64,000 nucleotides of DNA, taken from an uncultured Christensenella sp. Lineage in GTDB: Bacteria > Bacillota > Clostridia > Christensenellales > UBA3700. Below, piece by piece: positions 37,564 through 46,839 of this stretch. Below the pieces are notes generated by a model. That model did no database searches, was not told where the DNA came from, and worked only from the letters and a program-made list of their open reading frames with translations. A program made the position numbers and the translations under genes. Numbering within the stretch: position 1 is the first letter of the stretch; each line of letters begins with the position of its first letter. Location: NCBI GenBank assembly GCA_910584635.1, contig CAJUBA010000003.1, positions 10,855 to 74,854 on the forward strand, written 5' to 3'.

Positions 37564-39195
37564 TTATTTAACATCGGTCTTTGCCGACATACAAAGCGAA
37601 TTTATCCGCTCTCTGCATTCCAAATGCCACTCGTCGCTGTGGGGGTATTTATCAAATTGAATCTTCTCTATTCCTTTTTCCAATACTTCCAAAGTTTTTT
37701 CTCTACCGACAAGACTTTCCGCCAATTTAAGCGCTCTCATATCCTGCAAACCGTCGTAAAAAACCTTCAATCTCAAAGACAAAAGCGGTTCGCCGTTCTT
37801 GCCCGGATATACGACAAAGGAATCGCCGGAAGGGAAAAATCCTCCCGCGTCGGTTTCTTCAAAAGGATCTACCTCGCCCACCGAAAGGCGTTTGTACCAA
37901 AAATTATATCCCCAATGCAAAAAACCTTTGACGTCGAATTTATATAATTGATAACCTATTACGCGATTGCGTTGGGACGGCATAGAGAAAAACCTATTGG
38001 ACACGTCTTTGAATTGCGCGCCGCAATAATAAGTCCAAAGTTGGGGAACCTTGTCTATAAACGGTTTTATATGGTCGGTAGCCGGTATAGGCAATTTGAC
38101 CATTCCTTTTTCGTAGAAATCAAAACTGCTCAACGCGTCTATTATTTCAAACTCGGAAAACAGTTCCTTTACGATATCGCTCGCTTTGCGATAACTTTTC
38201 TGGACAATCTTCATAGGCTCGTCGGAAATGTGGAAATACGTTCTCTTGTCAATGCCTTTATTTTTTAAGTACGCTTTCAACTCGGGCGCCAACACCGAAA
38301 GAAAAGCGCGGTACTTTTTACCCGAGGCGCGAGTATTCCATCCGAAAATTCTCTTTTCTGCGCCGTTGACTTTTGCGATTATCTTAGGACATCTTTTAGC
38401 GCCCCATTGAGTAAATAAATGGGACATCTCAAAATATTTTATACCCGTTCTTTCGCACATATCAATCCATCTATCCAGTTTTGAAAAATCGAACTTGTAT
38501 TTACTGTCGCTATATTCCACGCCTATAAGTTGAACCGTAGGGCGTTCCTTACCCCTCTTCGTATCGAGAGGCGGGGTGAATATAGGAGTCAAGACCATGT
38601 TCATTCCGTGTTCGCAAGCGACTTTAAGATAATTTTCAACAATTCTCCAATACTCCTCGGAAAAAATCTCCGTAGAATAATAAGTGGCAAGACAGTCAGT
38701 ATGGAACCAGTTGGTATAAATCAAATCTTGATTAGGCAGCAAAGCGTCAAGCACGTCGAATTCAAACTCAGCGTTCTGTTGAGCGTCCGCCGTTTTCAAA
38801 ACTACGTTTACGTTAGATTTTCCTACGGGAAGATTATTCTCGCTAAAAAGTTCCAACCACAACGACGTCCATTTCCCCGCCTTTAGTTTTATATTACCGT
38901 CGGTAGGTCTTAAAAGTTCGGGAAAATTCCCCGATTCTCTTCTCAGAGTATAGTCGTCCTGCGCTCTGCCCGTTGCCATGCCGGAATATATTTCTTCTAC
39001 GATATACATCTTTATATTATTCTCAAGAGTCGATTCTATCATTATCGAAACTTCGCAATCGCTTTCGGCGCAAATTGCAACCTGAACGGACGCTCTTTCG
39101 TTTTTGAACAGACTCATTCCCTTAAAAGGCTTCGACTTTGGTTCTTCGTCGGAAAACACTTTTACTAGCGAACTTAGCGGTATAACTTTCAACAT
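37564..39195 (-). CDS. DUF4091 domain protein (glycoside-hydrolase-like)
   Basis: The N-terminus MLKVIPLSSLVKVFSDEEP.. and overall length are typical of DUF4091 proteins as I remember them. It precedes GH36 in the same orientation. Confidence 0.6.
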   Translation of the reverse strand: MLKVIPLSSLVKVFSDEEPKSKPFKGMSLFKNERASVQVAICAESDCEVSIMIESTLENNIKMYIVEEIYSGMATGRAQDDYTLRRESGNFPELLRPTDGNIKLKAGKWTSLWLELFSENNLPVGKSNVNVVLKTADAQQNAEFEFDVLDALLPNQDLIYTNWFHTDCLATYYSTEIFSEEYWRIVENYLKVACEHGMNMVLTPIFTPPLDTKRGKERPTVQLIGVEYSDSKYKFDFSKLDRWIDMCERTGIKYFEMSHLFTQWGAKRCPKIIAKVNGAEKRIFGWNTRASGKKYRAFLSVLAPELKAYLKNKGIDKRTYFHISDEPMKIVQKSYRKASDIVKELFSEFEIIDALSSFDFYEKGMVKLPIPATDHIKPFIDKVPQLWTYYCGAQFKDVSNRFFSMPSQRNRVIGYQLYKFDVKGFLHWGYNFWYKRLSVGEVDPFEETDAGGFFPSGDSFVVYPGKNGEPLLSLRLKVFYDGLQDMRALKLAESLVGREKTLEVLEKGIEKIQFDKYPHSDEWHLECRERINSLCMSAKTDVK

Positions 39196-39374
39196 AAATA
39201 TCTCCTAAATTTTATACTACCTTATTTAGTCTATCATATTATTGATTAAAATACAACCTCAAAAATTTTTACGCTGATTTATTCAAAAAACTTTTGATAT
39301 TTCTGAATAAAACGAATTTCGCAACGCATACTAAAACTGTAACCGAAAGGTTGCGAAAAACAGGAGGAGATTTT

Positions 39375-39500
39375 ATGACAAGAAACAACAAGTCGCAAAG
39401 CAGTCAGTCTAATTCTCAGAAAAGCAAGACTTCTTCTGCTTCTAAGTCTCAAACAAAAAATTGCGGAAACTGTTGCGGTTGCGGAAGTAAAAATAACTAA
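39375..39500 (+). CDS. 41-aa Ser/Gln/Lys-rich peptide with a C-terminal Cys cluster
   Basis: AGGAGG lies 6 nt before the ATG at 39375. Translates to MTRNNKSQSSQSNSQKSKTSSASKSQTKNCGNCCGCGSKNN and is followed by a strong terminator. Confidence 0.55.
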   Translation: MTRNNKSQSSQSNSQKSKTSSASKSQTKNCGNCCGCGSKNN

Positions 39501-39574
39501 TTACTCACGCTTCACGAACTAACGCAAATCGGAGAAATATAATTCTAAGCCATAGTAATCATATTTCTCCTCAA

Positions 39575-39608
39575 ACAAAAAAGCCGGCGAAGAAATTCGT
39601 CGGTTTTT
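39575..39608. terminator. Bidirectional rho-independent terminator (small peptide gene / 1632-aa gene)
   Basis: AAAAAA-GCCGGCGAA-gaaa-TTCGTCGG-TTTTTG. Confidence 0.85.
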
Positions 39609-39654
39609 GTATGGCTTGGATTTCGGTCGGAATTCTATAACGCCGGATAACGGA

Positions 39655-42600
39655 CTAACTCTTCCTCATGGAGCGTTGCTCTTTGATATAATCGCTGTAA
39701 CGTTCAATTTGGTCTTCACGTAGGTCTATCATCTCCTTCGCCGTCGCCAACGCTTGACTGTCTCCTACTATCAATTCCGTTTCCTTTACCTTTACTTTCG
39801 TTCCTTCGCTTCCCGCGTTCCTTCTGATGTCCTTCATATACTCGTCTTCCATCTTAAATAACGCTACTGTACAATCTTTCTTTATCGTCAGTTTTACCAA
39901 CGGATTTACAGATGACTGTCCCAGTAAGATATAGTACGTGGATTTCTTCTCCTTACACTTATCTTTACTCATTGCGTATTCTTTCAACGTATCAAAGAAC
40001 TTCTTTTGTTTTGCGGATAGTTTTGCGTACGCTTCGTCAAGAGTCAGTCTTGGAGCAACTGTCTTGGCTTTTGTCGTCGGCTTTTCCACAGGCAACGGTA
40101 CCGTCTTTTCTACAATCTTCTCTACCTCTTCCGGCACTTCGACCTTGACTTCTTTTACTACCTCTTTTTCTATTATCTTTTCCACAGGTACTTCCACTAT
40201 TTTTTCAATCGGCTTTTCTACTATCTTCTCTACTAATTTCTCCGTTTGTTGATTTGCCGTCAATTCCTGTATCTGTTTTATCAGCATCTCTTGATTCTTC
40301 AACAGTTGCTTTATTGTTTCGTCGTTTGTTACCGTCGCCGCTACTTCTTTCTCTATCACTCTTTCTACTTGCTGTTGCTTGCTTAATTTCTCTACTAATT
40401 TTTCTATTACCTCTTCGCTTACTCCTTCCTTCTCTTTCGATTGTTCAGAAATTTTTTGCATCATTATTTCATTCGCTTGCATTAGTCGGTCGAGTTTTTC
40501 TTCATTTTCACTGTATTGCGCCTGTTGCGGCAAGTACTGCTGCACGTTCGGCAACATTGCAGATACCGCGTCGTTTATCATACAGCGCATATCTTCCATT
40601 CCAACCGCCGGCTGTCCGCTATATCCGTAATTCTGTCCTTGCATATTATTGTTACCTCCAATCATACGCATTAACATCATCTTGTTGTATTCCTCTTTTG
40701 CCTCGTCTACTTCTTCTTCTATTTTTCCATAACGTTTTTTCTCTACTAGCATAAAGATTAGCGACAATACCGCTACGCCCATCAACACGCCCGCTATTAT
40801 CGTCCAGTTGGTCATACTCCAGCCAAACAAACCTATTCCGCTCATAGCGTAAAAAGTCCGGTATCTCTTCTCTATTAACTGCTTTGACTTCTTACACTTA
40901 TTCGCAAAACTTATTCCCTTCGCCGTAAACATCAAGATTAAGACTATGCTTACTCCGCTCGCTATTACCTGCCACCATTCTTTCAATATATCCAACACTT
41001 TATCGAAATCAACTGTTTGCGTCGGCTCTTTCGGGTCGTTTGTAGAATTGTTGTTATCCTCGCTCGGATAATACGGATTGTTCGGATCGTCCGGGTCAAA
41101 TATCTCTTCGTTCTCTTTTACTTCAAACTCTACCCACTCCGTCTCCGTACTTCCGTCTGCAAATATATAGTTGGTCTTATCCGTTATCACTGCTCGCACT
41201 TCATACTTGTTTCCGGGTTTCAAGTCCTTGAACTCCAATATGTTTCCGTCTATATCTCTGTATTCGTGCTTTATCCCCTTTATCTCGCTTGCGCTTACGC
41301 TCAACGACGGTGGATTGTGTTTTGTATTCCATACGTCGTTCTTTATCTCCATCCGCTTTATCTCATACTCTATTATCGCGACTCCGTCTACTACGTTCTC
41401 TCCGCTTAGGTAGTATCCTTCTACTCCTTCCTTTATCCTTATCTCTACTCTGTACTTTCCTACCTTCGTCGGCGCTTCTGCCAATGCCGTTGTTCCGTCT
41501 TTGTCGTAATACTCTATTTCAAAGTCGCTTTCGCTTAACGCTCCTTCTATCTTCAATTTAACATCTTGACTCTTTCCGTTGTACGTTAGTTCCGTCTTGC
41601 TTAGCGTTACTCCTATTCCCGTCGCGTTCTCTCCTACGCTAAACGGCGACGACAGTACGTTCTCTTTATCAAACTCTACGTCGTTTGCGTACATACTCTT
41701 TATTACCGCTTTCGTTACGTAGTATCTTACTTCGTTCTCTACTATCTCTATCTCGCTTTCGCTTAACGCTTCTCCTACTATCTCTTTCTTTGCATTATCC
41801 CATAAGTAATACTCGTACTCTACTACGTTCTTATCCTCTTTCAGTTTCTGTCTGTCATACTTCCCTTCGTAATTCTCGCTTTCCCATTCTACCTTTATTA
41901 CCAACTTCTCTATTGTCCAATTCATCTCCCATGAGAAGTCTTCGCTTCCGTTATAGGTATAGTTGTTTCCTTTTCCTCCTACTTGCGGCAGTTCGTAATT
42001 CTGTTCGTATCCGCTTTCCAATATAAACGTTACGCTTACGTTTCCGCTATCTCCTGCGTGCGCTCCCTCTCTTACTCCAGTATATCTTTCTACGCTCAAT
42101 CCTTCGGGCAAAGTCTTCTCGTCTATCTTCGCTTTCATTTCAGATACGTTGGTACTAAACGGTATCTTACCGTCATATTCCCACTTAACACCGGACAAGT
42201 CGAACTTAGCCTTGTCTATCGTCCACTCGATTGAGTACTCTTTTACGTTCGTAGGATTAGCCGTTTCTTTAAGTTTTATTGTTGTCTTATACTTTCCCGC
42301 ATTCTTTACCGTTTCTAACGCTTCTTCGCCGGAATCAGTCATGAGTACCGTTCTTATTCCATACTCTTCGTCTATCTCGTATCCGGTAGGCGCGCTGACC
42401 GTAAACGTATACGCTTTATCTTTGCTATATACTAACGCTTTATCCAGTTTTACTTCATACTGTCCTATCTCAGCGTCTTTTATCTGACCGCTTGGTTTTC
42501 CGTTAGCGTTTAATTTCCATCTCAACGTCGACTCGCTTCCTTCGTCTTTGACGTCCAAAGTAGCGGTCGGATCTATTTTTATCTCGTAATTTCCGTTTGT

Positions 42601-44553
42601 CGTCGTCGCTTTCAAATTATATTTAGTCGTTTCCAACAATGCGGTATCAAACGTAACCGTCTGAATATCCGCGCTTGCGTCTTCGTTGTTTATTAACTTG
42701 ATTTCGCCTGTTATCTCCGTATCTGGCAAATCTTTAGCCGTCGCGACAATCTTTATAGCAACTTCGTCGTCGTTTCTCGGTCTTTTGTCGCTTTGGGCGT
42801 TTAATTCCAAATTAAACTTTTTGCTGCTTCCTTTAATCGCCGTGAGACCTCCGCCTTCTCCGTTTAGGTCGCTTAAAGATATATAGACTTGCGCTTTGGT
42901 AATCTCAAATTCCAACTTGTCTTTTGCGTTTTTCCACATACAGTTTTTAGTATCTTTTAATTCCACCGTCAAAGCGTACTTGCCTACGTTTTTTTCGCTT
43001 ACTTGCTTTGTAGACGAACTGATTTCCGCGCCTTTATAACTTATCTTCACGTATTCCGCGTCATAGACAAGTCTGAAAGTTACGTTATCCCCGCCATTAT
43101 AAGTCTTTTGCGAAATTGCGTTGTAAAACGAAGGATAATCTACTTCTTTCTGAACGACGGTAAACTTTACCTTTTTCTCATCGCTATCCTCGCCTACTTG
43201 CCAATAATACTCCGACTTTGGCGTTACCCCTACATAGTATTCGCCTACGTCTTTGGGATTTGTCGAGAGAGGATTCAATGATTTGTCGTAAAACTTTACC
43301 GTTACCGATTGCGAATATTCTTGCGTATACCATTTCTCTCCCTGCAAATCAAGTTCCTTGCCCGCGTAACTTTTGACAACGTCTTGCGGAGCAGACAAGC
43401 CCTTTGTAGAATACTTATCCGCTTCCGTCAAATTAAAATGGAATGCAGGTCTTACTAAATGCGTATCGCTCGTTACTGTGTCCCAATACGATTCTCCGTT
43501 TTCAGTCAAAATCCACGCATGTATGCCGGTAGAGGTTGCGCCTGTTCTTGACCATATTCCCGAATCGTTTATTCTTAATTGACCGGGCATACCCCAAATA
43601 CCGGTCGCGGTATTTCCGTAACCCGTTTCGCAAAGTCCGGGAATCCAAAGATAGTCGTATTGCCAGTCGTAATATTGAGCGACTCTGTCCTGCACCTCGT
43701 ACGTTGTCGTAACGCCCCAATTATTTTCCACTTTAGCGCACGCGTCATTCAAAGCATTTTTTGCGCTGCCTCCGCTAAATAGGTTCCACGACTCCGTCTT
43801 CTGATAACCCACGTTCGTAGGCTTTACGATAAATTTCGTAATATTGCCTTTATAATTTTTATCAGTGAACAGAGAATAATTGTAATCGGGATCGGGATCT
43901 ATTACTTTCAATCCTGATTGCAGAGCGGTAGAATTGTAGTATATATCGACGGTGTTTCCATCCCGATCTTCTCCTTTGCCGTTGAGCAATTTGGATCTTA
44001 TATAACTTGTGCTGTAAACGCTCGTCGGATAATCAATTGATAAAGACGCATCTTTCCAAGTATGCCACAGCGAAGTATCTATCGGATTTTTTAACATCAG
44101 AGTTGCTATAACGTTGCCGTTATCGTCCAAAGTCAACGACGTAACGTACCATTCCATATTGCCTAGAATTACGCTTGTAAAACTTTCAGAGTCGTTTAAC
44201 GCGTAAATTTCCGTGGCGGTCTTTCCCGTTTTCAAACCTAAACCTGTGGTATCCGACGATTTTTCAGACGCTACGATTTTTACCGCTTCATAATCCGCGC
44301 CTTCCTGCCCGGTCAATTTGGAATAAAACTTGGTCATTTCCCTTCCGTCAAAAACCTTTTTGGTCATTTCCGCGTCGGAAGAAGAGAGCATCAATTCCGA
44401 CATTACGGTATCCGATACCGTTTGAATTTTAATATCTTCCCTAATGTTTAATTTATAAAAATCCGAAACAAACAAAGCGCTGAAAATATACAGCGTTAAA
44501 AGTACCGCTAATAATGTAAATACCAACTTGGCTTTTTTCTTTATTCTATTCAT
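39655..44553 (-). CDS. 1632-aa membrane-spanning surface protein: N-terminal anchor, DUF6273-like domain, Ig-like/MBG-like repeat array, 2-3 TM segments, ~430-aa cytoplasmic tail with E/K/V/I repeats
   Basis: N-terminal hydrophobic anchor. ..WSRTGATS..HLVRPAFHFNL is DUF6273-like. There are many ~90-aa beta-rich repeats (..YNGKSQDVKL.., ..YTYNGSEDF..), TM stretches WWQVIASGVSIVLILMF and WTIIAGVLMGVAVLSLIFMLV, then the EKIVEKPIEKIVEVPVEKIIEKEVVKEVKVEVPEEVEKIVEK repeats. Confidence 0.8.
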   Translation of the reverse strand: MNRIKKKAKLVFTLLAVLLTLYIFSALFVSDFYKLNIREDIKIQTVSDTVMSELMLSSSDAEMTKKVFDGREMTKFYSKLTGQEGADYEAVKIVASEKSSDTTGLGLKTGKTATEIYALNDSESFTSVILGNMEWYVTSLTLDDNGNVIATLMLKNPIDTSLWHTWKDASLSIDYPTSVYSTSYIRSKLLNGKGEDRDGNTVDIYYNSTALQSGLKVIDPDPDYNYSLFTDKNYKGNITKFIVKPTNVGYQKTESWNLFSGGSAKNALNDACAKVENNWGVTTTYEVQDRVAQYYDWQYDYLWIPGLCETGYGNTATGIWGMPGQLRINDSGIWSRTGATSTGIHAWILTENGESYWDTVTSDTHLVRPAFHFNLTEADKYSTKGLSAPQDVVKSYAGKELDLQGEKWYTQEYSQSVTVKFYDKSLNPLSTNPKDVGEYYVGVTPKSEYYWQVGEDSDEKKVKFTVVQKEVDYPSFYNAISQKTYNGGDNVTFRLVYDAEYVKISYKGAEISSSTKQVSEKNVGKYALTVELKDTKNCMWKNAKDKLEFEITKAQVYISLSDLNGEGGGLTAIKGSSKKFNLELNAQSDKRPRNDDEVAIKIVATAKDLPDTEITGEIKLINNEDASADIQTVTFDTALLETTKYNLKATTTNGNYEIKIDPTATLDVKDEGSESTLRWKLNANGKPSGQIKDAEIGQYEVKLDKALVYSKDKAYTFTVSAPTGYEIDEEYGIRTVLMTDSGEEALETVKNAGKYKTTIKLKETANPTNVKEYSIEWTIDKAKFDLSGVKWEYDGKIPFSTNVSEMKAKIDEKTLPEGLSVERYTGVREGAHAGDSGNVSVTFILESGYEQNYELPQVGGKGNNYTYNGSEDFSWEMNWTIEKLVIKVEWESENYEGKYDRQKLKEDKNVVEYEYYLWDNAKKEIVGEALSESEIEIVENEVRYYVTKAVIKSMYANDVEFDKENVLSSPFSVGENATGIGVTLSKTELTYNGKSQDVKLKIEGALSESDFEIEYYDKDGTTALAEAPTKVGKYRVEIRIKEGVEGYYLSGENVVDGVAIIEYEIKRMEIKNDVWNTKHNPPSLSVSASEIKGIKHEYRDIDGNILEFKDLKPGNKYEVRAVITDKTNYIFADGSTETEWVEFEVKENEEIFDPDDPNNPYYPSEDNNNSTNDPKEPTQTVDFDKVLDILKEWWQVIASGVSIVLILMFTAKGISFANKCKKSKQLIEKRYRTFYAMSGIGLFGWSMTNWTIIAGVLMGVAVLSLIFMLVEKKRYGKIEEEVDEAKEEYNKMMLMRMIGGNNNMQGQNYGYSGQPAVGMEDMRCMINDAVSAMLPNVQQYLPQQAQYSENEEKLDRLMQANEIMMQKISEQSKEKEGVSEEVIEKLVEKLSKQQQVERVIEKEVAATVTNDETIKQLLKNQEMLIKQIQELTANQQTEKLVEKIVEKPIEKIVEVPVEKIIEKEVVKEVKVEVPEEVEKIVEKTVPLPVEKPTTKAKTVAPRLTLDEAYAKLSAKQKKFFDTLKEYAMSKDKCKEKKSTYYILLGQSSVNPLVKLTIKKDCTVALFKMEDEYMKDIRRNAGSEGTKVKVKETELIVGDSQALATAKEMIDLREDQIERYSDYIKEQRSMRKS

Positions 44554-44572
44554 TTTTACCCCATTTTTTACG

Positions 44573-44715
44573 GGTCAGTAAAAGTGTACTTTTACTGACC
44601 GCGAGATATTGCCAAATGAAATTCATTATTGTATACTTATAGTGAAAAAATGCTCGTTTTTTTGAGTATTACAGCGTAAAATTTATTGGTCAGGAAATGT
44701 ACACTTTTTTTGGAA
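44573..44715. promoter_or_regulatory. Candidate invertible promoter switch B (as assembled, the promoter faces away from the 1632-aa gene)
   Basis: Site b1 GGTCAGTAAA-AGTGTACT-TTTACTGACC (44573-44600; 13-bp arms perfect) and site b2 GGTCAGGAAA-TGTACACT-TTTTTTGGAA (44688-44715) are inverted. They flank 87 bp homologous to the inner segment of switch A, but in the opposite orientation. Confidence 0.65.
44609..44637 (+). promoter_or_regulatory. Promoter TTGCCA-17-TATACT inside switch B, reading away from the 1632-aa gene
   Basis: TTGCCA at 44609-44614, 17 nt, TATACT at 44632-44637. The -10 context TTATTGTATACTTAT is identical to the minus-strand sequence of switch A. Confidence 0.55.
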
Positions 44716-44858
44716 TTATGTTAGATTTTGATTAAAATAGAAAAAATTTGACTATATTGCATGTTTTATGATTTGCGATAATATTAAAAATCTGTAATAA
44801 AATAAAATGCTCTGCTCTTTGAACAACGCTTTTTGTTTTTCTATATTTGTAAATATTT

Positions 44859-45338
44859 TTATTCTATTATTTTACAGACGTCTATCCATTTTTGATAGTT
44901 TGACGTCAATTCTAATTCCGATAAAGTCATTTTTATCGCGCTGTTAGAACTTCCGCAAGCGGGATAGATATGCGAAAATCTTTTCAAAGAAACATCGAGA
45001 TATACCTCTACCCCTTCGTTTATTCCAAAAGGACAAACCCCGCCGACTGCGTGTCCTATTCTGCTCTCCACCTGGTCAAAAGGAATCATCTTGGCTTTTG
45101 CGGAAAATTCCGCCTTATATTTTGAGTTGTCTATCTTACAATCGCCCGCCGCAACAATCAATACGGAACGCCCGTCGACAATAAAAGACAGTGTCTTCGC
45201 TATCTCTTCTTCTCTACATCCGACGGCAATAGCGGCGTCTTTGACCGTTGCCGACGAAACGTCAAATTCCAAAATTCTTTCTTCCATACAGTATTTTTTC
45301 AAATACTCTTTCGCTCTCATTAAAGACATATTACTCAC
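44859..45338 (-). CDS. YbaK/EbsC-family aminoacyl-tRNA deacylase domain protein
   Basis: ..KTLSFIVDGRSVLIVAAGDCKIDNSKYK..GHAVGGVCPFG.. is the typical YbaK/ProRS-editing domain core. Confidence 0.8.
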   Translation of the reverse strand: MSNMSLMRAKEYLKKYCMEERILEFDVSSATVKDAAIAVGCREEEIAKTLSFIVDGRSVLIVAAGDCKIDNSKYKAEFSAKAKMIPFDQVESRIGHAVGGVCPFGINEGVEVYLDVSLKRFSHIYPACGSSNSAIKMTLSELELTSNYQKWIDVCKIIE

Positions 45339-45457
45339 CTCTTACAAATAATTTTACTCTCTGCAAGACAAGAATTCAAGTATAAAGTTCAATATTCTTT
45401 TTATAAAACTGTTTCTATTAAAATAATATCACTGTAAAAATTTTACATAATAAAATA

Positions 45458-45471
45458 CGAACAAACGTTTG
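45458..45471. promoter_or_regulatory. LexA (SOS/Cheo) box upstream of dinB
   Basis: CGAACAAACGTTTG compared with the Firmicute consensus CGAAC-N4-GTTCG (one mismatch). It is embedded in the larger palindrome AAAATACGAACAAACGTTTGTATTTT (45452-45477). Confidence 0.7.
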
Positions 45472-45504
45472 TATTTTATTGTAAAACTATGCTATTATAT
45501 GACT

Positions 45505-46731
45505 ATGAAAAGAATATTACACTGCGACGCCAACAATTTTTACGCTTCGGTAGAATGTATGCTTGATCCGACGTTGAAAGATAAATTCGTAGCCGTTTCG
45601 GGTAATCCCGACAAACGGCATGGAATTATTTTGGCAAAAAATCAAAAAGCAAAGGAATGCGGAATAAAGACGGGCGAAGTTATTTGGGAGGCAAAACGCA
45701 AATGCCCTCAACTCGTGCTTGTTCCCCCGCAATACGATAAATACGTCGAATATTCAAATAAAATATTCGATATATACTGTCAATACACCGATAGAGTGGA
45801 ACCTTTCGGGATAGACGAATGTTGGTTGGACGTCAGCGGATCCATGCGACTTTTTCACAGCGCGGAAAATATAGCGGACGAACTCAGAGCGCGAATTAAA
45901 AAAGAAATCGGTATAACTATTTCCGTCGGAGTATCTTTCAACAAAGTCTTTGCCAAACTTGGTTCCGACATGAAAAAACCGGACGCTACGACTATAATAG
46001 ACGAAGATAATTTCAAGACTAAAGTTTGGCAGTTGGACGTAACCGATATGCTTATGATAGGACGGCGTACTGCGAAAAAATTAAATGAAATCGGAATAAA
46101 TACAATTGGGGATCTCGCAAAAGCAAATCCCGATATTTTAGAGCGCAAATTCGGAATCAACGGGCGCAAAATGTATGACAACGCAAATGGAGCCAACGAT
46201 GAAGAAGTCCGCCTTTACTATGACGCGCATGTACCAAAAAGTATCGGCAACTCGACTACTCTTCCCAAAGACATAACCAACCGCGCGGAAGCCAAAGCGG
46301 TAATTATGGCTTTAAGCGAAATGGTAGCGATAAGACTTCGCCGACATGATTTTGTAGCGGGAGGAATGCATTTGGGGATAAAATACAACGACCTTTCGTA
46401 TATAGGGAAACAGATAAAACTTCCTTTGAAAATCAACTCGGCAAATTCTCTTTGCGACTGCGCAATGCAGATTTACGATTCTTTCAGACTGATTCTGCCA
46501 ATCAGAGCGCTAAGCGTGTCGACGTTTGATTTAAGTTCCGGAAGCGAGAATATCCAACTTTCTCTTTTGGACGATATAGAAAAAAGCGACAAACTTTGCC
46601 GACTTGACAAGTCTTTGGACGAAATACGAAAAAAATATGGCTACGATGCATTAAAATCGGCGTCGCTTATGGAATATCCTTTTATCACGGACGGACTTGT
46701 AGACAGCGATTTTGTTCCTTTCAAAAAGTAA
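45505..46731 (+). CDS. dinB: DNA polymerase IV (Y-family, DinB)
   Basis: MKRILHCDANNFYASVE..VAVSGNPDKRHGIILA..VEPFGIDECWLDV..ISVGVSFNKVFAKLGSDMKKPD. Confidence 0.92.
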   Translation: MKRILHCDANNFYASVECMLDPTLKDKFVAVSGNPDKRHGIILAKNQKAKECGIKTGEVIWEAKRKCPQLVLVPPQYDKYVEYSNKIFDIYCQYTDRVEPFGIDECWLDVSGSMRLFHSAENIADELRARIKKEIGITISVGVSFNKVFAKLGSDMKKPDATTIIDEDNFKTKVWQLDVTDMLMIGRRTAKKLNEIGINTIGDLAKANPDILERKFGINGRKMYDNANGANDEEVRLYYDAHVPKSIGNSTTLPKDITNRAEAKAVIMALSEMVAIRLRRHDFVAGGMHLGIKYNDLSYIGKQIKLPLKINSANSLCDCAMQIYDSFRLILPIRALSVSTFDLSSGSENIQLSLLDDIEKSDKLCRLDKSLDEIRKKYGYDALKSASLMEYPFITDGLVDSDFVPFKK

Positions 46732-46839
46732 TTTTTTGAACTTAAAAATTATTGCCAAGACAAGCAAAAATATGATAACGAAAAAGTCGCTCGGATTCGA
46801 GCGACTTTTATTCTAATGTAATTATTACTATTTTAATAC

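Noticed and set aside
39294-39500. The 68-aa version of the small peptide ORF given in the track
   Set aside because: The AGGAGG site sits directly in front of the internal ATG at 39375, and the upstream 27 codons have no ribosome binding site. The 41-aa product is preferred.
39938-40260. Short-period DNA repeats that at first glance could be a CRISPR-like or tandem non-coding array
   Set aside because: The periodicity is in frame within the 1632-aa gene and encodes the EKIVEKPIEKIVEVPVEK-type repeats. There are no unique spacers and no non-coding context.
39912-43782. Many plus-strand ORFs of 66-166 aa inside 39.9-43.8 kb
   Set aside because: All are antisense to the 1632-aa gene. Their Ser/Leu/Phe-rich low-complexity products mirror the Glu/Lys-rich sense codons.
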